Source: a bacterium (GTDB lineage: Bacteria > Electryoneota > Electryoneia > Electryoneales > Electryoneaceae). Taken from it: 64,000 nt of DNA. Below are positions 1-9,173 of this stretch, piece after piece. The position numbers and the translations under genes were made by a program. The first letter of the stretch is position 1. The number at the start of each line of letters is the position of its first letter. The stretch lies in the NCBI GenBank assembly GCA_963675295.2, contig CAXXKJ010000002.1, positions 736,001 to 800,000 of the forward strand. The letters run 5' to 3'. The notes beneath the pieces were generated by a model that saw only the letters and a list, made by a program, of their open reading frames with translations, made no database searches and was not told the DNA's origin.

Positions 1-274
1 AGATCTTTTCCAGCGGCGTGCAGACATAGGCCGCGACCTCGCAGCCGGCGTTGAGCAGACGGCGGGCGATGGCGAATCCGTCACCGCCGTTGTTGCCCGG
101 GCCGACGAAGACGAGGGCGTGCGCACCGGCGACATTGCCGCCGAGCAGTTGTTCGATCTCAAGCATGACGCCGCGTGCGGCGAGTTCCATCAACACGATA
201 CCGGGCAGGCCGACGTCCTCGATGGTTCGCCGGTCGAGGTCACGCATCTGGTCGGGGACGACAATCGGACGCAT
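1..274 (-). CDS. nnrE: NAD(P)H-hydrate epimerase (YjeF N-terminal domain), 5' part only; runs off the window start and may be the bifunctional Nnr
   Basis: Manual minus-strand translation from ATG 274: MRPIVVPDQMRDLDRRTIEDVGLPGIVLMELAARGV...VFVGPGNNGGDGFAIARRL. The LME.A and GNNGGDG motifs are diagnostic of YjeF_N. AAGGAG SD upstream. Confidence 0.9.
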   Translation of the reverse strand, partial: MRPIVVPDQMRDLDRRTIEDVGLPGIVLMELAARGVMLEIEQLLGGNVAGAHALVFVGPGNNGGDGFAIARRLLNAGCEVAAYVCTPLEKI

Positions 275-483
275 ATGAAAATACTCCTTGGTCTGGTGTG
301 AACGAGTGGGGGGTAAGTTAGGCTCCCCTTTGGCTCGGGTCCAAGCTCCCTTGAGCCCGAGAAAATGCGAAAAGGAGTACCATCGCCAAATTTTAATATT
401 TATATTATCACTCAGAATTTACAATTACCGGGATCTCCAACGACGCTTCGTGCGTGTAAGGTAACACACGCATCGGTGAGGAG

Positions 484-1008
484 GTGAAGATGGAACAGCG
501 ATCACCGGCACGGTTCTGGAATCTGCTACGCAACGCGGTCACGTTGCTTTTGTTGGGCCTGTTGGGCATCGAGGTGACGATTGTCCTGGATCTGTACAGC
601 ATCCAGGTGATTGTTTCTGGATTGCCGGCATGGCCCTTGTTGCTTTTTGGCTGGCTCCTGGTGGGTGTGGGGGTGCTGCTGTTGGTTGGCGGCTTGCAGC
701 GCATGGAAGTGCGTAAATGGGTCGTGGGTCTGGATGATTTAATGACATCGGGCCCGTTTCGGTATGTGCGTCGTCCGGTATACGGCGGTGTGTTGTTGGT
801 GTTGGTGGGCGCCGGGTTGCTGTTGGACCTGCCGGGCCTGCTGGTTACGGGAGTCCTGTGGTCGGGAGTGGCGATGGTGTACAGCCGCATCGAGGATCGT
901 GGGATCAGGGACCGGCTCGGACAGGGGTACAAGTCGTATTGCCGTTGCACCCCGTTGCTGCTGCCGCATCTCGGACGGATGATGGTCGATTTGTTCAGGG
1001 CGCAATGA
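484..1008 (+). CDS. Isoprenylcysteine carboxyl methyltransferase / PEMT-family membrane protein
   Basis: Hydrophobic helices; L.TSGPFRYVRRPVYGG motif; C-terminal ED..IR.RLGQGYKSY...TP. GAGGAG SD. Confidence 0.8.
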   Translation: MKMEQRSPARFWNLLRNAVTLLLLGLLGIEVTIVLDLYSIQVIVSGLPAWPLLLFGWLLVGVGVLLLVGGLQRMEVRKWVVGLDDLMTSGPFRYVRRPVYGGVLLVLVGAGLLLDLPGLLVTGVLWSGVAMVYSRIEDRGIRDRLGQGYKSYCRCTPLLLPHLGRMMVDLFRAQ

Positions 1009-1059
1009 AGGCTGGACACGAGTATCAGTGATGGTGGACGCGGAATTCCATCAGACCAT

Positions 1060-1087
1060 GGGGAGAGCTGGGCAACCGGCTCTCCCC
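1060..1087 (+). other. GC-rich stem-loop with GCAA tetraloop (possible terminator or stabiliser)
   Basis: GGGGAGAGCTGG-GCAA-CCGGCTCTCCCC between the two methyltransferase genes; no U-tract. Confidence 0.45.
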
Positions 1088-1238
1088 GCTCTCAATGGAT
1101 TGGGAATCTTGATCGAAGTACTGGTCTATCCCGGGAATAAAACCTAAATTATGAGTGAAGTTCTTGCCAGTTTCCTCCGGTGGACGATCGCCGATTGCAC
1201 TGCAGCGTGCAGGGACAAGGCCAAACCCGGGAGGTTTC

Positions 1239-1769
1239 ATGCGTACACAGTCTCGCATCAACCTGTGGATTCCGGTCAAGGTCGCCGGTACGGTTATGCT
1301 GATTTGCCTCGCGTGTGACGGACTGGTATACCTCCTCAACATTCCCACGATTTCCCGTTTATTGCCTGATATTCCGTACTGGGTGTTTTCGTTTGCCGGT
1401 TGGCTGCATGTGGCGCTCGGCGGGTTGCTGTTTGTCTCCGGCCTGATCCGTCTCGGCTTCCGTGCCGCAGCGGGTGCGCCGGCGGATTTGATTACGGACG
1501 GTCCGTTCCGTTATGTCCGCAGTCCGATGTATGGCGGGCTGGCGTTGATCGTTGCCGGTTGCGGGCTGGTGTTCAACCAGATCGCCTTACTGCTGGCGTC
1601 GCTGATGTGGCTGGTGATTGCGCGGCAGTTCTGCATGGATGAGGAACGGCTGCTGGCTCGTCTGTTCGGACGTTCGTACACCCGGTATCGAAATTCGACG
1701 CCGCTGCTGATTCCGCACGTGGGCCGGATTCTGGGGGACTTCTTCAACGTGCGGCGTCCGATCTTGTGA
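1239..1769 (+). CDS. Isoprenylcysteine carboxyl methyltransferase / PEMT-family membrane protein (paralog of 484..1008)
   Basis: LITDGPFRYVRSPMYGG and EERLLARLFGRSYTRYRNSTP motifs. Start moved to ATG 1239 behind GGAGG. Confidence 0.82.
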   Translation: MRTQSRINLWIPVKVAGTVMLICLACDGLVYLLNIPTISRLLPDIPYWVFSFAGWLHVALGGLLFVSGLIRLGFRAAAGAPADLITDGPFRYVRSPMYGGLALIVAGCGLVFNQIALLLASLMWLVIARQFCMDEERLLARLFGRSYTRYRNSTPLLIPHVGRILGDFFNVRRPIL

Positions 1770-1868
1770 CCCACTCGCGGGCGAATCGCCCGGTTGCAGT
1801 GGACTTGAGCCGTGCCATCCGCTACCTTCGGATCGAACAGACTGTTCGTCCGAAGGATTTTTTCTCTC

Positions 1869-2504
1869 ATGCCCGATCCTGATCTGAAAATCGTCGGTTT
1901 TGACCCTGGCACCGCGGTGACCGGTTGGGCGGCGTTGCTCGGTCCGCGCCGCCCGCGTTTAGTGCGTGCGGGTGCGATCCGGGCGAAGGCGAACCAGCCG
2001 ATCGAAAAACGTTTGCTGGCGATCTACCGGGGTGTGATGGAGGTGCTGGACGAGTATGCTCCGGACGTTGTCGCGATCGAGGATCCGTTTGTTGGGAAGA
2101 ATCCGTCGGGTGCGCTGACGTTGGGCCAGGCTCGCGGGGTGATTCTGCTCGCGGTGGCGCAGCGGGAGTGCGAGGTTGTCAACTACACGCCGGCGACGAT
2201 CAAGGCGTCGGTGGTTGGCAAGGGATCGGCGGAGAAGGAGCAGGTGCGGGAGATGGTGACGCGGCTGCTCGGGTTGCAGGAGTTGCCGGAACCGTTGGAC
2301 GCGTCTGACGCGATCGCGGTGGCGTTGTGCCACATCAACCGTGGAATGAATGCGGCGTACACGGCGGGGCATGCCGGGACGACATCCTCGGGCGGTGCGG
2401 AGAGCGCGGCATCGGGCACGCAGAAACGGGCACAGAAACTTGCGGCGCGCAAGGAGGACGCGGATGCGTTGGCGCGCTGGTTGTCGGGAGGCCGGAACAA
2501 ATGA
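1869..2504 (+). CDS. ruvC: Crossover junction endodeoxyribonuclease RuvC
   Basis: IVGFDPGTAVTGW, VAIED.F, LGQARGVI, G.GSAEKEQV and DASDAIAVALCH motifs; directly upstream of ruvA. Start ATG 1869 inferred. Confidence 0.95.
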   Translation: MPDPDLKIVGFDPGTAVTGWAALLGPRRPRLVRAGAIRAKANQPIEKRLLAIYRGVMEVLDEYAPDVVAIEDPFVGKNPSGALTLGQARGVILLAVAQRECEVVNYTPATIKASVVGKGSAEKEQVREMVTRLLGLQELPEPLDASDAIAVALCHINRGMNAAYTAGHAGTTSSGGAESAASGTQKRAQKLAARKEDADALARWLSGGRNK

Positions 2505-3109
2505 TCGACCGGATTGAGGGGAAGGTGCTGGAGCTGGAGCCGACGCATGCGGTGCTGGATGTCGGCGGGGTCGCGTTTTTTCTCTCGATTACGGTGCAGA
2601 CCTACGAACACTTAGGTCGTACGAAAAAGGCTCTCCTTTTTACGTACCTGCACGTGCGTGAGGACATCCTGCAGTTGTATGGCTTCCACAGCAAGGATGA
2701 GCGCGAGGCGTTCAAGGTGCTGATCTCGATCAGCGGTGTCGGGCCTCGGGTGGCGCGGGCGATTTTGTCGTCGGTAAGCGCGACGACGTTGCGCGATGCG
2801 GTCACGGCGGGGGACTGGAAGCGGTTGACGGCGGCGCCGGGTGTCGGGCGGAAGCTGGCGGAGCGGATGGTGGTCGAGTTGCGTGGCAAGTTGGCGGACG
2901 CGTTGGAAACGGTCGAACCTTCTTCAGCGGGCGGAGAAGCAGCGGCGGGGTATGCGGGGCGTGCCGGTGCGATCCGGGAGGCGGTGGAGGCTCTGGTGAC
3001 TCTCGGCCATTCCCAATTGTCGGCGGAGAAGCTTGTAACCAAGGCGGCGAAAGGGATGCCGGATGATGCGGGCGTTGAGGATCTGCTGAAATCGGCTCTC
3101 TCCTCGTGA
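2501..3109 (+). CDS. ruvA: Holliday junction branch migration protein RuvA
   Basis: MIDRIEGKV, HVRED..QLYGF, LISISGVGPRVA, PGVGRKLAERMVVEL and EAVEALVTLG motifs; ATGA overlap with the ruvC stop. Confidence 0.96.
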   Translation: MIDRIEGKVLELEPTHAVLDVGGVAFFLSITVQTYEHLGRTKKALLFTYLHVREDILQLYGFHSKDEREAFKVLISISGVGPRVARAILSSVSATTLRDAVTAGDWKRLTAAPGVGRKLAERMVVELRGKLADALETVEPSSAGGEAAAGYAGRAGAIREAVEALVTLGHSQLSAEKLVTKAAKGMPDDAGVEDLLKSALSS

Positions 3110-3264
3110 GTGGAAACCCGCCAACGTCTCTATTTGAGCCCACATGGCGGACTCGGCTGCTATATTAAAGTTAGCAAGTGGCTTGCCGGCTGTTTGCAAA
3201 ATGGACGATTGGTCAGTTTTGCTCGCCAAACATGAAAAAACGATGCGACCGGAGTCATGTTGCC

Positions 3265-3293
3265 TTGCGGGTTTTCAGTGGCGGGGATATATT
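3265..3293 (+). promoter_or_regulatory. Putative sigma70-type promoter upstream of the icd leader
   Basis: TTGCGG (3265-3270), 17-nt spacer, TATATT (3288-3293). Confidence 0.45.
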
Positions 3294-3299
3294 GACCGA

Positions 3300-3600
3300 A
3301 CTCAAATGGGCGCGGAACCAGGAGAGAGGGTTGGAAGTGTCATTCCTTTTGTCTGGTTGCGTTCGCGGGGGAGCGAACGGGGCCCTACCGACTTGGGTAC
3401 TGGCTGCGGAGAGGTCGTCACAGCACGGTTAACGTCCTGAGTTTGCTTGCAAAGTGGACGACGCATCATTCTATCGAGAAGCGCATTGATGTTGATAGCC
3501 GGGCGTGTTCATAACGACCCCGACGGATCCAGCCTGCGTCAGCGGACTTGCTGACGTACGACGGCTGCCCGCGTCGGGGTGTTCTGTTCCGGTCCGGGTC
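3300..3600 (+). ncRNA. Candidate structured RNA or long 5' leader of icd (family unassigned)
   Basis: Consecutive hairpins: CGTTCGC/GCGAACG (3360-3379); CGTCC..TTTGC/GCAAA..GGACG (3433-3460); nested ACCCCGACG..CAGCC..CGTCAGC / GCTGACG..GGCTG..CGTCGGGGT (3517-3580). No convincing ORF. Confidence 0.4.
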
Positions 3601-3711
3601 GCATTTTCCTATTGTAACTACAAGATAATCAGCTAGTTATCCGACGACATACGATCGCTTGGACGTTACACATTTTGCATAAACAGCAAACCTGAACGTG
3701 GAGGCAGGAGG

Positions 3712-5034
3712 ATGGCGGGCTTCGACAAGATCGTCGTGCCGGATGGCGGCGCACCGATAACGATTGACGATGGCAAGTTGTCGGTTCCGACGAATCCGAT
3801 CATTCCGTTCATCGAAGGTGACGGAATCGGGCGCGATATCTGGAAGGCGTCGGTACGTGTTTTTGACGCAGCAATCGAGAAGGCGTACGGCGGTGAACGA
3901 AAAGTGCACTGGATGGAGATCTACGCCGGCGAGAAGGCTGTCGCGACGTATGGCGATGGTATTTGGATGCCGGAGGAGACCTTCGAAGCCATCCGTCAGT
4001 TCCTCGTTGCGATCAAGGGTCCGTTGACCACACCGGTCGGTGGTGGTTTCCGCAGCCTCAACGTGACGTTGCGGCAGGTATTGGATCTGTACGCGTGTGT
4101 ACGTCCGGTGAAGCATTATGAGGGCGTGCCGAGTCCGTCCAAGCGTGCGGATGAGATGAACATGATCATTTTCCGTGAAAACACGGAAGATGTGTACAGC
4201 GGTGTTGAGTTCCGCTCGGGTTCGCCGGAAGCAAAGCGCATCATCAAGATGCTGAAGGAAGAGTACGGCAAGACGCAGATTCGTGATGACGCTGGCATCG
4301 GCATCAAGCCGATGAGTCCGACGGGCACGAAGCAGCTTGTCCGCAAGGCGATCGACTGGGCGATTGCGCATCAGTTGCCATCGGTGACCCTGATGCACAA
4401 GGGCAACATCATGAAGTTCACCGAGGGTGCCTTCAAGGACTGGGGCTACGAAGTCGCGACGCAGGAGTATCGCGACCACATAATCACCGAATCCGAATTG
4501 TGGGATGAGGTGGTTGCGGACGACGGCGTCACTCCGATCGAAAAGCCGGGCGCTTTTGCTGACCTGCGTGGTGGCAAGCCGGCGGGTGATCCGAACGGCC
4601 GCATCGTGGTCAAGGATCGCATCGCGGACAGCATGTTCCAGCAGATTCAGACCCGTCCGGGTGAGTATTCGGTGGTGGTGACGCCGAACCTGAACGGCGA
4701 CTACATCTCGGATGCCGGGGCGGCGCTGGTCGGTGGCCTGGGCCTCGCGTCCGGCGCAAACATCGGCGATTTCATGGGTCTGTTCGAAGCGACGCATGGG
4801 ACGGCACCGAAGTATGCGGACAAGGATGTGATCAACCCGTCATCGGTGATGTTGTCAGGCAAGATGATGTTTGATTACATCGGCTGGACGGAAGTCGGGA
4901 CGATCGTTGAGACTGCGATTCAGAAAACGATCAGCCAGAAGCGCGTCACGTACGATCTGCATCGTCAGATGGACGGCGCGACGAAGCTGAAGACGTCTGA
5001 GTACGCCGGCGCGATCATTGAAAACATGAATTGA
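3712..5034 (+). CDS. icd: NADP-dependent isocitrate dehydrogenase
   Basis: [66 protein letters not shown] and [12 protein letters not shown] motifs; GGAGG SD. Confidence 0.98.
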   Translation: MAGFDKIVVPDGGAPITIDDGKLSVPTNPIIPFIEGDGIGRDIWKASVRVFDAAIEKAYGGERKVHWMEIYAGEKAVATYGDGIWMPEETFEAIRQFLVAIKGPLTTPVGGGFRSLNVTLRQVLDLYACVRPVKHYEGVPSPSKRADEMNMIIFRENTEDVYSGVEFRSGSPEAKRIIKMLKEEYGKTQIRDDAGIGIKPMSPTGTKQLVRKAIDWAIAHQLPSVTLMHKGNIMKFTEGAFKDWGYEVATQEYRDHIITESELWDEVVADDGVTPIEKPGAFADLRGGKPAGDPNGRIVVKDRIADSMFQQIQTRPGEYSVVVTPNLNGDYISDAGAALVGGLGLASGANIGDFMGLFEATHGTAPKYADKDVINPSSVMLSGKMMFDYIGWTEVGTIVETAIQKTISQKRVTYDLHRQMDGATKLKTSEYAGAIIENMN

Positions 5035-5074
5035 AGCGGTTGATGCCGCATAAGGTAGACGGTTGTCATGTTGA

Positions 5075-5116
5075 GTCTCAGGGGAGCCATGCAAAGCCCC
5101 CTGAGACGCAGCTTTT
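5075..5116 (+). terminator. Probable terminator hairpin after icd
   Basis: GTCTCAGGGG (5075-5084) pairs with CCCCTGAGAC (5098-5107), followed by GCAGCTTTT. Confidence 0.5.
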
Positions 5117-5205
5117 GGGATTTCACAGGGTCAGAGCTTGTTCCCGTGTGAGACGGCGTCTACTTTAGTAAGACTGTATACGTGTGGACGAAGACGGAGG
5201 TTACC

Positions 5206-8200
5206 ATGCGGGGTGCGCGTTTTTCACGAGCGATCCTCGCTGTCCTTGTGATCGGACTGTTGCTGCCGGGTATGTTGTGGGCTCAGGGTACAGGCAAGAT
5301 CCGTGGGACGGTGGTCGACGAGGCGACCGGTGAGCCAATCATCGGCGCGAACGTCGTGCTCGAAGGGACCAGCCGAGGCGCGGCGACCGACTTGGACGGC
5401 TTTTTCGTTATTCTGGCGATTCCGCCGGGGAAATACAGCGTCAAGGCGAGTGCCGTCGGGTTTTCCGGTGTGACGATTTCCGATGTGGAGATCAACACCG
5501 ACCGCACCACAGAGCTTGAGTTCAAACTGGCCGGCTCTTCGGTTCAGCTTGAAGAGGTGGTGCTTGTTTACGAAAAGCCGACAGTTGAAAAGGGTGTGAC
5601 GTCGAACGTCACGCGCTACAGCTCTGAGGATCTTCAGTACCAGGCTGACCCGGATGTCGCCTCGGTACTGACTTCGACGCCGGGCTTCAAGGTTGACGAA
5701 GAAGGTAAGATCCACATTCGCGGTGGCCGTGAAACGGAAGCCCGCTTCCTCGTTGACGGTATCGACACCCGCGACCCGATTACCGGTGAAAGCCTGCCGC
5801 TGAACCTGTCCGCGATCAACATCCAGGAGATTCAGATTCTCACGGGTGGTATGGCGGCGGAGTATGGCCAGGCGCAGTCGGGCTTCGTGACGATTACCAC
5901 GCCGGAAGGCGCGCCGGACGAATACAACGGAACCGTGTACTGGGAAACGGACTTCATGTTCGATAAGTATTCGTTCGACGAGGATCAGGTCAACGCGGCG
6001 TTTGGCGGTCCGATTCCGCTGTCCACCGGCTGGCTCAACCGTCCGATTACCTTCTATCTCACGTTCAACGGCAACGTGTCGAACACGGCGTACTACCTGG
6101 GTGGTGAGTATGACAACCAGGATTACGTTGGCATGGGCATCGACATTCCGCGGCGTCAGTACAACGACATCGGCGGAACGTTGAAGATGGCCTACGACCT
6201 CGGCAACGGGCAGAAGCTGTCGGCGTACTTCGCCGAACGTACCCTCGACTGGGATGTGTACGGTCGTGGTACGGCGGAGGTCGGCGGCAACTACGGCTGG
6301 CCGTACAAGTACGATGTCCAGAACCTGCCGGTCGCGCGTGACAAGCGTACCTCTTTCCGTCTCGATTATACCAACCAGGCCAGCGACAAGACCGTGCTCA
6401 ACTTCTCGGTCGGCCGTCAGGTGATTAACGCCAGCCTGACCCCGCGCGGGAAGAGCCCGGGCGAGTTTGCGTTGGAAGACGAGATCGAAGAATTCCGTGG
6501 CACGGGCCAGGGTCTCGGTGTTGACATCAACGAGAATGGCCGGTGGGACCAGGATGCGGACGGTGACGGCGTCATTCACAGCGGTACGGATGAGCTGTCG
6601 CAGGACGACGACCTGAACAACTTCCTCGACGGGTATCAGGACGCCAACCGTAACTACTATTACGACGGCGACAACGAAGGCTACGAGGACTTGAACCTCA
6701 ACGGTCAATGGGATCGTGGTGAGGATTGGGTCGACCTGAACGGCAACAACGTGTACGATTACGCGGAACCGTGGACGGACGTTGTTGACCCGGTGACGGG
6801 TGCGAACAACGTTGGTGTCTACGACCCGTGGGATACCTACGTCGACCTCAACGGCAACGGTGTGTGGGATCCTGCCGAGCCGCAGCTTTCCGAACAGGAT
6901 ACGAACAACAATGGTATCTGGGACGGTGAACGCTTCCAGGATGCCAACGGCGACGGCGTCTTCAACCGCTGGGAAGAATTCGAAGACCTCGACGGCAACG
7001 GGTACTGGACGTGGATCGACGTGAACCAGAACGGTATCGTCGATGCCGCGGACACGTATGAGCCGTTCAACGACAAGAACGGGAATGGCCGCCAGGACGA
7101 CGGCGAAGGGTACGACGATTCGAACCTGAACGGCCGGATGGACGCGCGCGACCTCGTCGACAACACCGACACCAGTGAAGAGACGGCGGAAACGTTCTGG
7201 GATGGTGACGTCTGGAACGACACCGGCGAGCCTTTCATCGACCTTCCGGACCCGATCACGGGTCAATACAACGGGGTCTGGGATCCGGGTGAGAAGTTCT
7301 GGGATCTCCCGTCCTCCGAGTCCCTGGTTAATATCGGTACGTTCGTCATCTACGGCGAGGGTGCTGTTCTGGGTGTCCCGACGCTGAACGGTCAGTACGA
7401 TCCGCCGGATGGCTTCTTTGACGAATACGAGCTGTTTACGTATTCGACGGGCGACCCGTCCTTCCCGGTTGGGTACACGTTTGATCTCGATGCGAACGGT
7501 ACTGACTGGCCGGCAGACATTTATAGCTACAATTCACTCTACAGTACCTGGACCAACCGGACGATCCACGATACGGAAGCCCCGGTGTTTAACGCGCCGA
7601 ACTTCACGTACGATCCGGGCCAGGAACGCTTCATCGATTTCAACGGCGACGGTCAGTGGAACGGTTCTGACTTGTTCCTCAACCCGGGTACGTGGGATGA
7701 AGACACCATCTGGGCGAAGCGCCGCACGGAAGAGTATTCGTTTACGTTCTCGTGGCAGAGCCAGGTGCACAAGTACCACGAACTCAAGGCCGGTACCGAG
7801 CTGAAGTATTACATCATGTCTCAGCAGCAAGTGCTCGGACTTGACCAGTTGTATACGGGTGATGCGTCGTTTGGTACGGACGAGCCGTTTGTCTACGCCG
7901 ACGAGAATGGCGATCCGTATGCCATCGGAGCGGTACGTGACTTCTGGGAATATCGTCCGTGGGAAGGCGCGGTTTACGTGCAGGATAAGATGGAGTTCGA
8001 GGGTCTGATCGTTCAGGCCGGTTTGCGCAGTGACTTCATCGTGCATGACCCGGAAGTGGTTGATGAACAGCGGCGCCGTCTGGAAGCGGGCGAGCCGGGT
8101 GCGTCGGATGCGCGCAGTTCGCGTTTCGCGTTTGCCCCGCGTCTTGGTATCAGCCACCCGATCACCGACCGAGCGAAGCTGTACTTCAACTACGGTCACT

Positions 8201-9084
8201 TCTTCAAGCTTCCGCCATTCCTCACCTTCTACAAGTCGACGACGACGAATGTCGACCAGGGCGTGGTTGGTAACCCGAACCTTAAATTCGAGCGTTCGGT
8301 GACCTACGAATTGGGTGTTCACACGCAGGTGACGGACAACTTGTCGTTCCAGCTCGCGGGTTATTACCGCGACTTGTATGACCAGATTTCGACGATTGAA
8401 GAACGCGACGGTCCGATCGTCGTGACGCGGTATATCAACCTCGACTACGGCCGTGCGCGTGGTTTCGAGTTGAAGATTGACCGCAAGTTCGCCAACCACT
8501 TCCAGGCGACCTTCAACTACGACTTCTCGTTTGCTTACGGCAAGGCGTCCGGCGCGTTGGACGAGTTTAACAACGCCAGCTCGAATGTTCCGACGAACTA
8601 CGACGAGCACCCGCTGGATTGGGACCAGACGCACCAGATCAACTTCAACACGGCGGTGATGTTCCCGAAGGGCGATCATCCGCAGCTGTTCGGTTTCCGT
8701 TTGCCGGACTATTGGTTGATGTCGGTTCAGTGGCAGTTCGGTTCCGGCCGTCCGTACACGCCTTCCGAGTACACAACGGGCATCGACGAAAACCTGATTC
8801 TCGACAATTCGGAACGTTATCCGTGGTGGGAACGGACGAACGTGCGTTTCGAGAAGTATTTCGATTACGCCGGCATCAAGTGGATCACGGGTCTGCAGGT
8901 TTACAACCTGTGGGATAAGCGGAACGTCAACTCGATTTACGCGGAGACGGGAAGCGCCACGATCGCTGTTCACCCATTCAACCCGGATTACAACCCTGGC
9001 CTGGATCGTACGGATTACGACGCCAACCCGCGCAACTTCGGTTCAGGGCGTCAGATTCTGGTCAAAGTCGGTATGGAATTCTAA
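5206..9084 (+). CDS. TonB-dependent receptor with N-terminal carboxypeptidase-regulatory-like domain and a large Asp/Asn/Gly repeat insertion
   Basis: Signal peptide; GKIRGTVVDEATGEPIIGANV; plug motifs HIRGGR..E..FLVDG and GGMAAEYG; APRLGISHPI, GNPNLKFERS; C-terminal MEF. Start ATG 5206 behind GGAGG. Confidence 0.93.
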   Translation: MRGARFSRAILAVLVIGLLLPGMLWAQGTGKIRGTVVDEATGEPIIGANVVLEGTSRGAATDLDGFFVILAIPPGKYSVKASAVGFSGVTISDVEINTDRTTELEFKLAGSSVQLEEVVLVYEKPTVEKGVTSNVTRYSSEDLQYQADPDVASVLTSTPGFKVDEEGKIHIRGGRETEARFLVDGIDTRDPITGESLPLNLSAINIQEIQILTGGMAAEYGQAQSGFVTITTPEGAPDEYNGTVYWETDFMFDKYSFDEDQVNAAFGGPIPLSTGWLNRPITFYLTFNGNVSNTAYYLGGEYDNQDYVGMGIDIPRRQYNDIGGTLKMAYDLGNGQKLSAYFAERTLDWDVYGRGTAEVGGNYGWPYKYDVQNLPVARDKRTSFRLDYTNQASDKTVLNFSVGRQVINASLTPRGKSPGEFALEDEIEEFRGTGQGLGVDINENGRWDQDADGDGVIHSGTDELSQDDDLNNFLDGYQDANRNYYYDGDNEGYEDLNLNGQWDRGEDWVDLNGNNVYDYAEPWTDVVDPVTGANNVGVYDPWDTYVDLNGNGVWDPAEPQLSEQDTNNNGIWDGERFQDANGDGVFNRWEEFEDLDGNGYWTWIDVNQNGIVDAADTYEPFNDKNGNGRQDDGEGYDDSNLNGRMDARDLVDNTDTSEETAETFWDGDVWNDTGEPFIDLPDPITGQYNGVWDPGEKFWDLPSSESLVNIGTFVIYGEGAVLGVPTLNGQYDPPDGFFDEYELFTYSTGDPSFPVGYTFDLDANGTDWPADIYSYNSLYSTWTNRTIHDTEAPVFNAPNFTYDPGQERFIDFNGDGQWNGSDLFLNPGTWDEDTIWAKRRTEEYSFTFSWQSQVHKYHELKAGTELKYYIMSQQQVLGLDQLYTGDASFGTDEPFVYADENGDPYAIGAVRDFWEYRPWEGAVYVQDKMEFEGLIVQAGLRSDFIVHDPEVVDEQRRRLEAGEPGASDARSSRFAFAPRLGISHPITDRAKLYFNYGHFFKLPPFLTFYKSTTTNVDQGVVGNPNLKFERSVTYELGVHTQVTDNLSFQLAGYYRDLYDQISTIEERDGPIVVTRYINLDYGRARGFELKIDRKFANHFQATFNYDFSFAYGKASGALDEFNNASSNVPTNYDEHPLDWDQTHQINFNTAVMFPKGDHPQLFGFRLPDYWLMSVQWQFGSGRPYTPSEYTTGIDENLILDNSERYPWWERTNVRFEKYFDYAGIKWITGLQVYNLWDKRNVNSIYAETGSATIAVHPFNPDYNPGLDRTDYDANPRNFGSGRQILVKVGMEF

Positions 9085-9173
9085 TTGTCGCGTAGCGCGT
9101 GCCGGCGGACGTGTGGATTCATGTTCGCCGGTCGATGCGCGAAACGCATAGACCTCGAGGAGGGATCCGCGAC

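Noticed and set aside
3300-3600. SRP RNA, RNase P RNA, tmRNA or tRNA
   Set aside because: Neither strand shows the SRP GGAAGGAAGCAG loop, the RNase P GAGGAAAGTCC motif, or tRNA-like ends with a TTCGA arm.
6515-7705. CRISPR-like or tandem DNA repeat
   Set aside because: The repetition is at protein level, with divergent codons and irregular spacing inside an open frame. No CRISPR array or cas gene was seen anywhere in the window.
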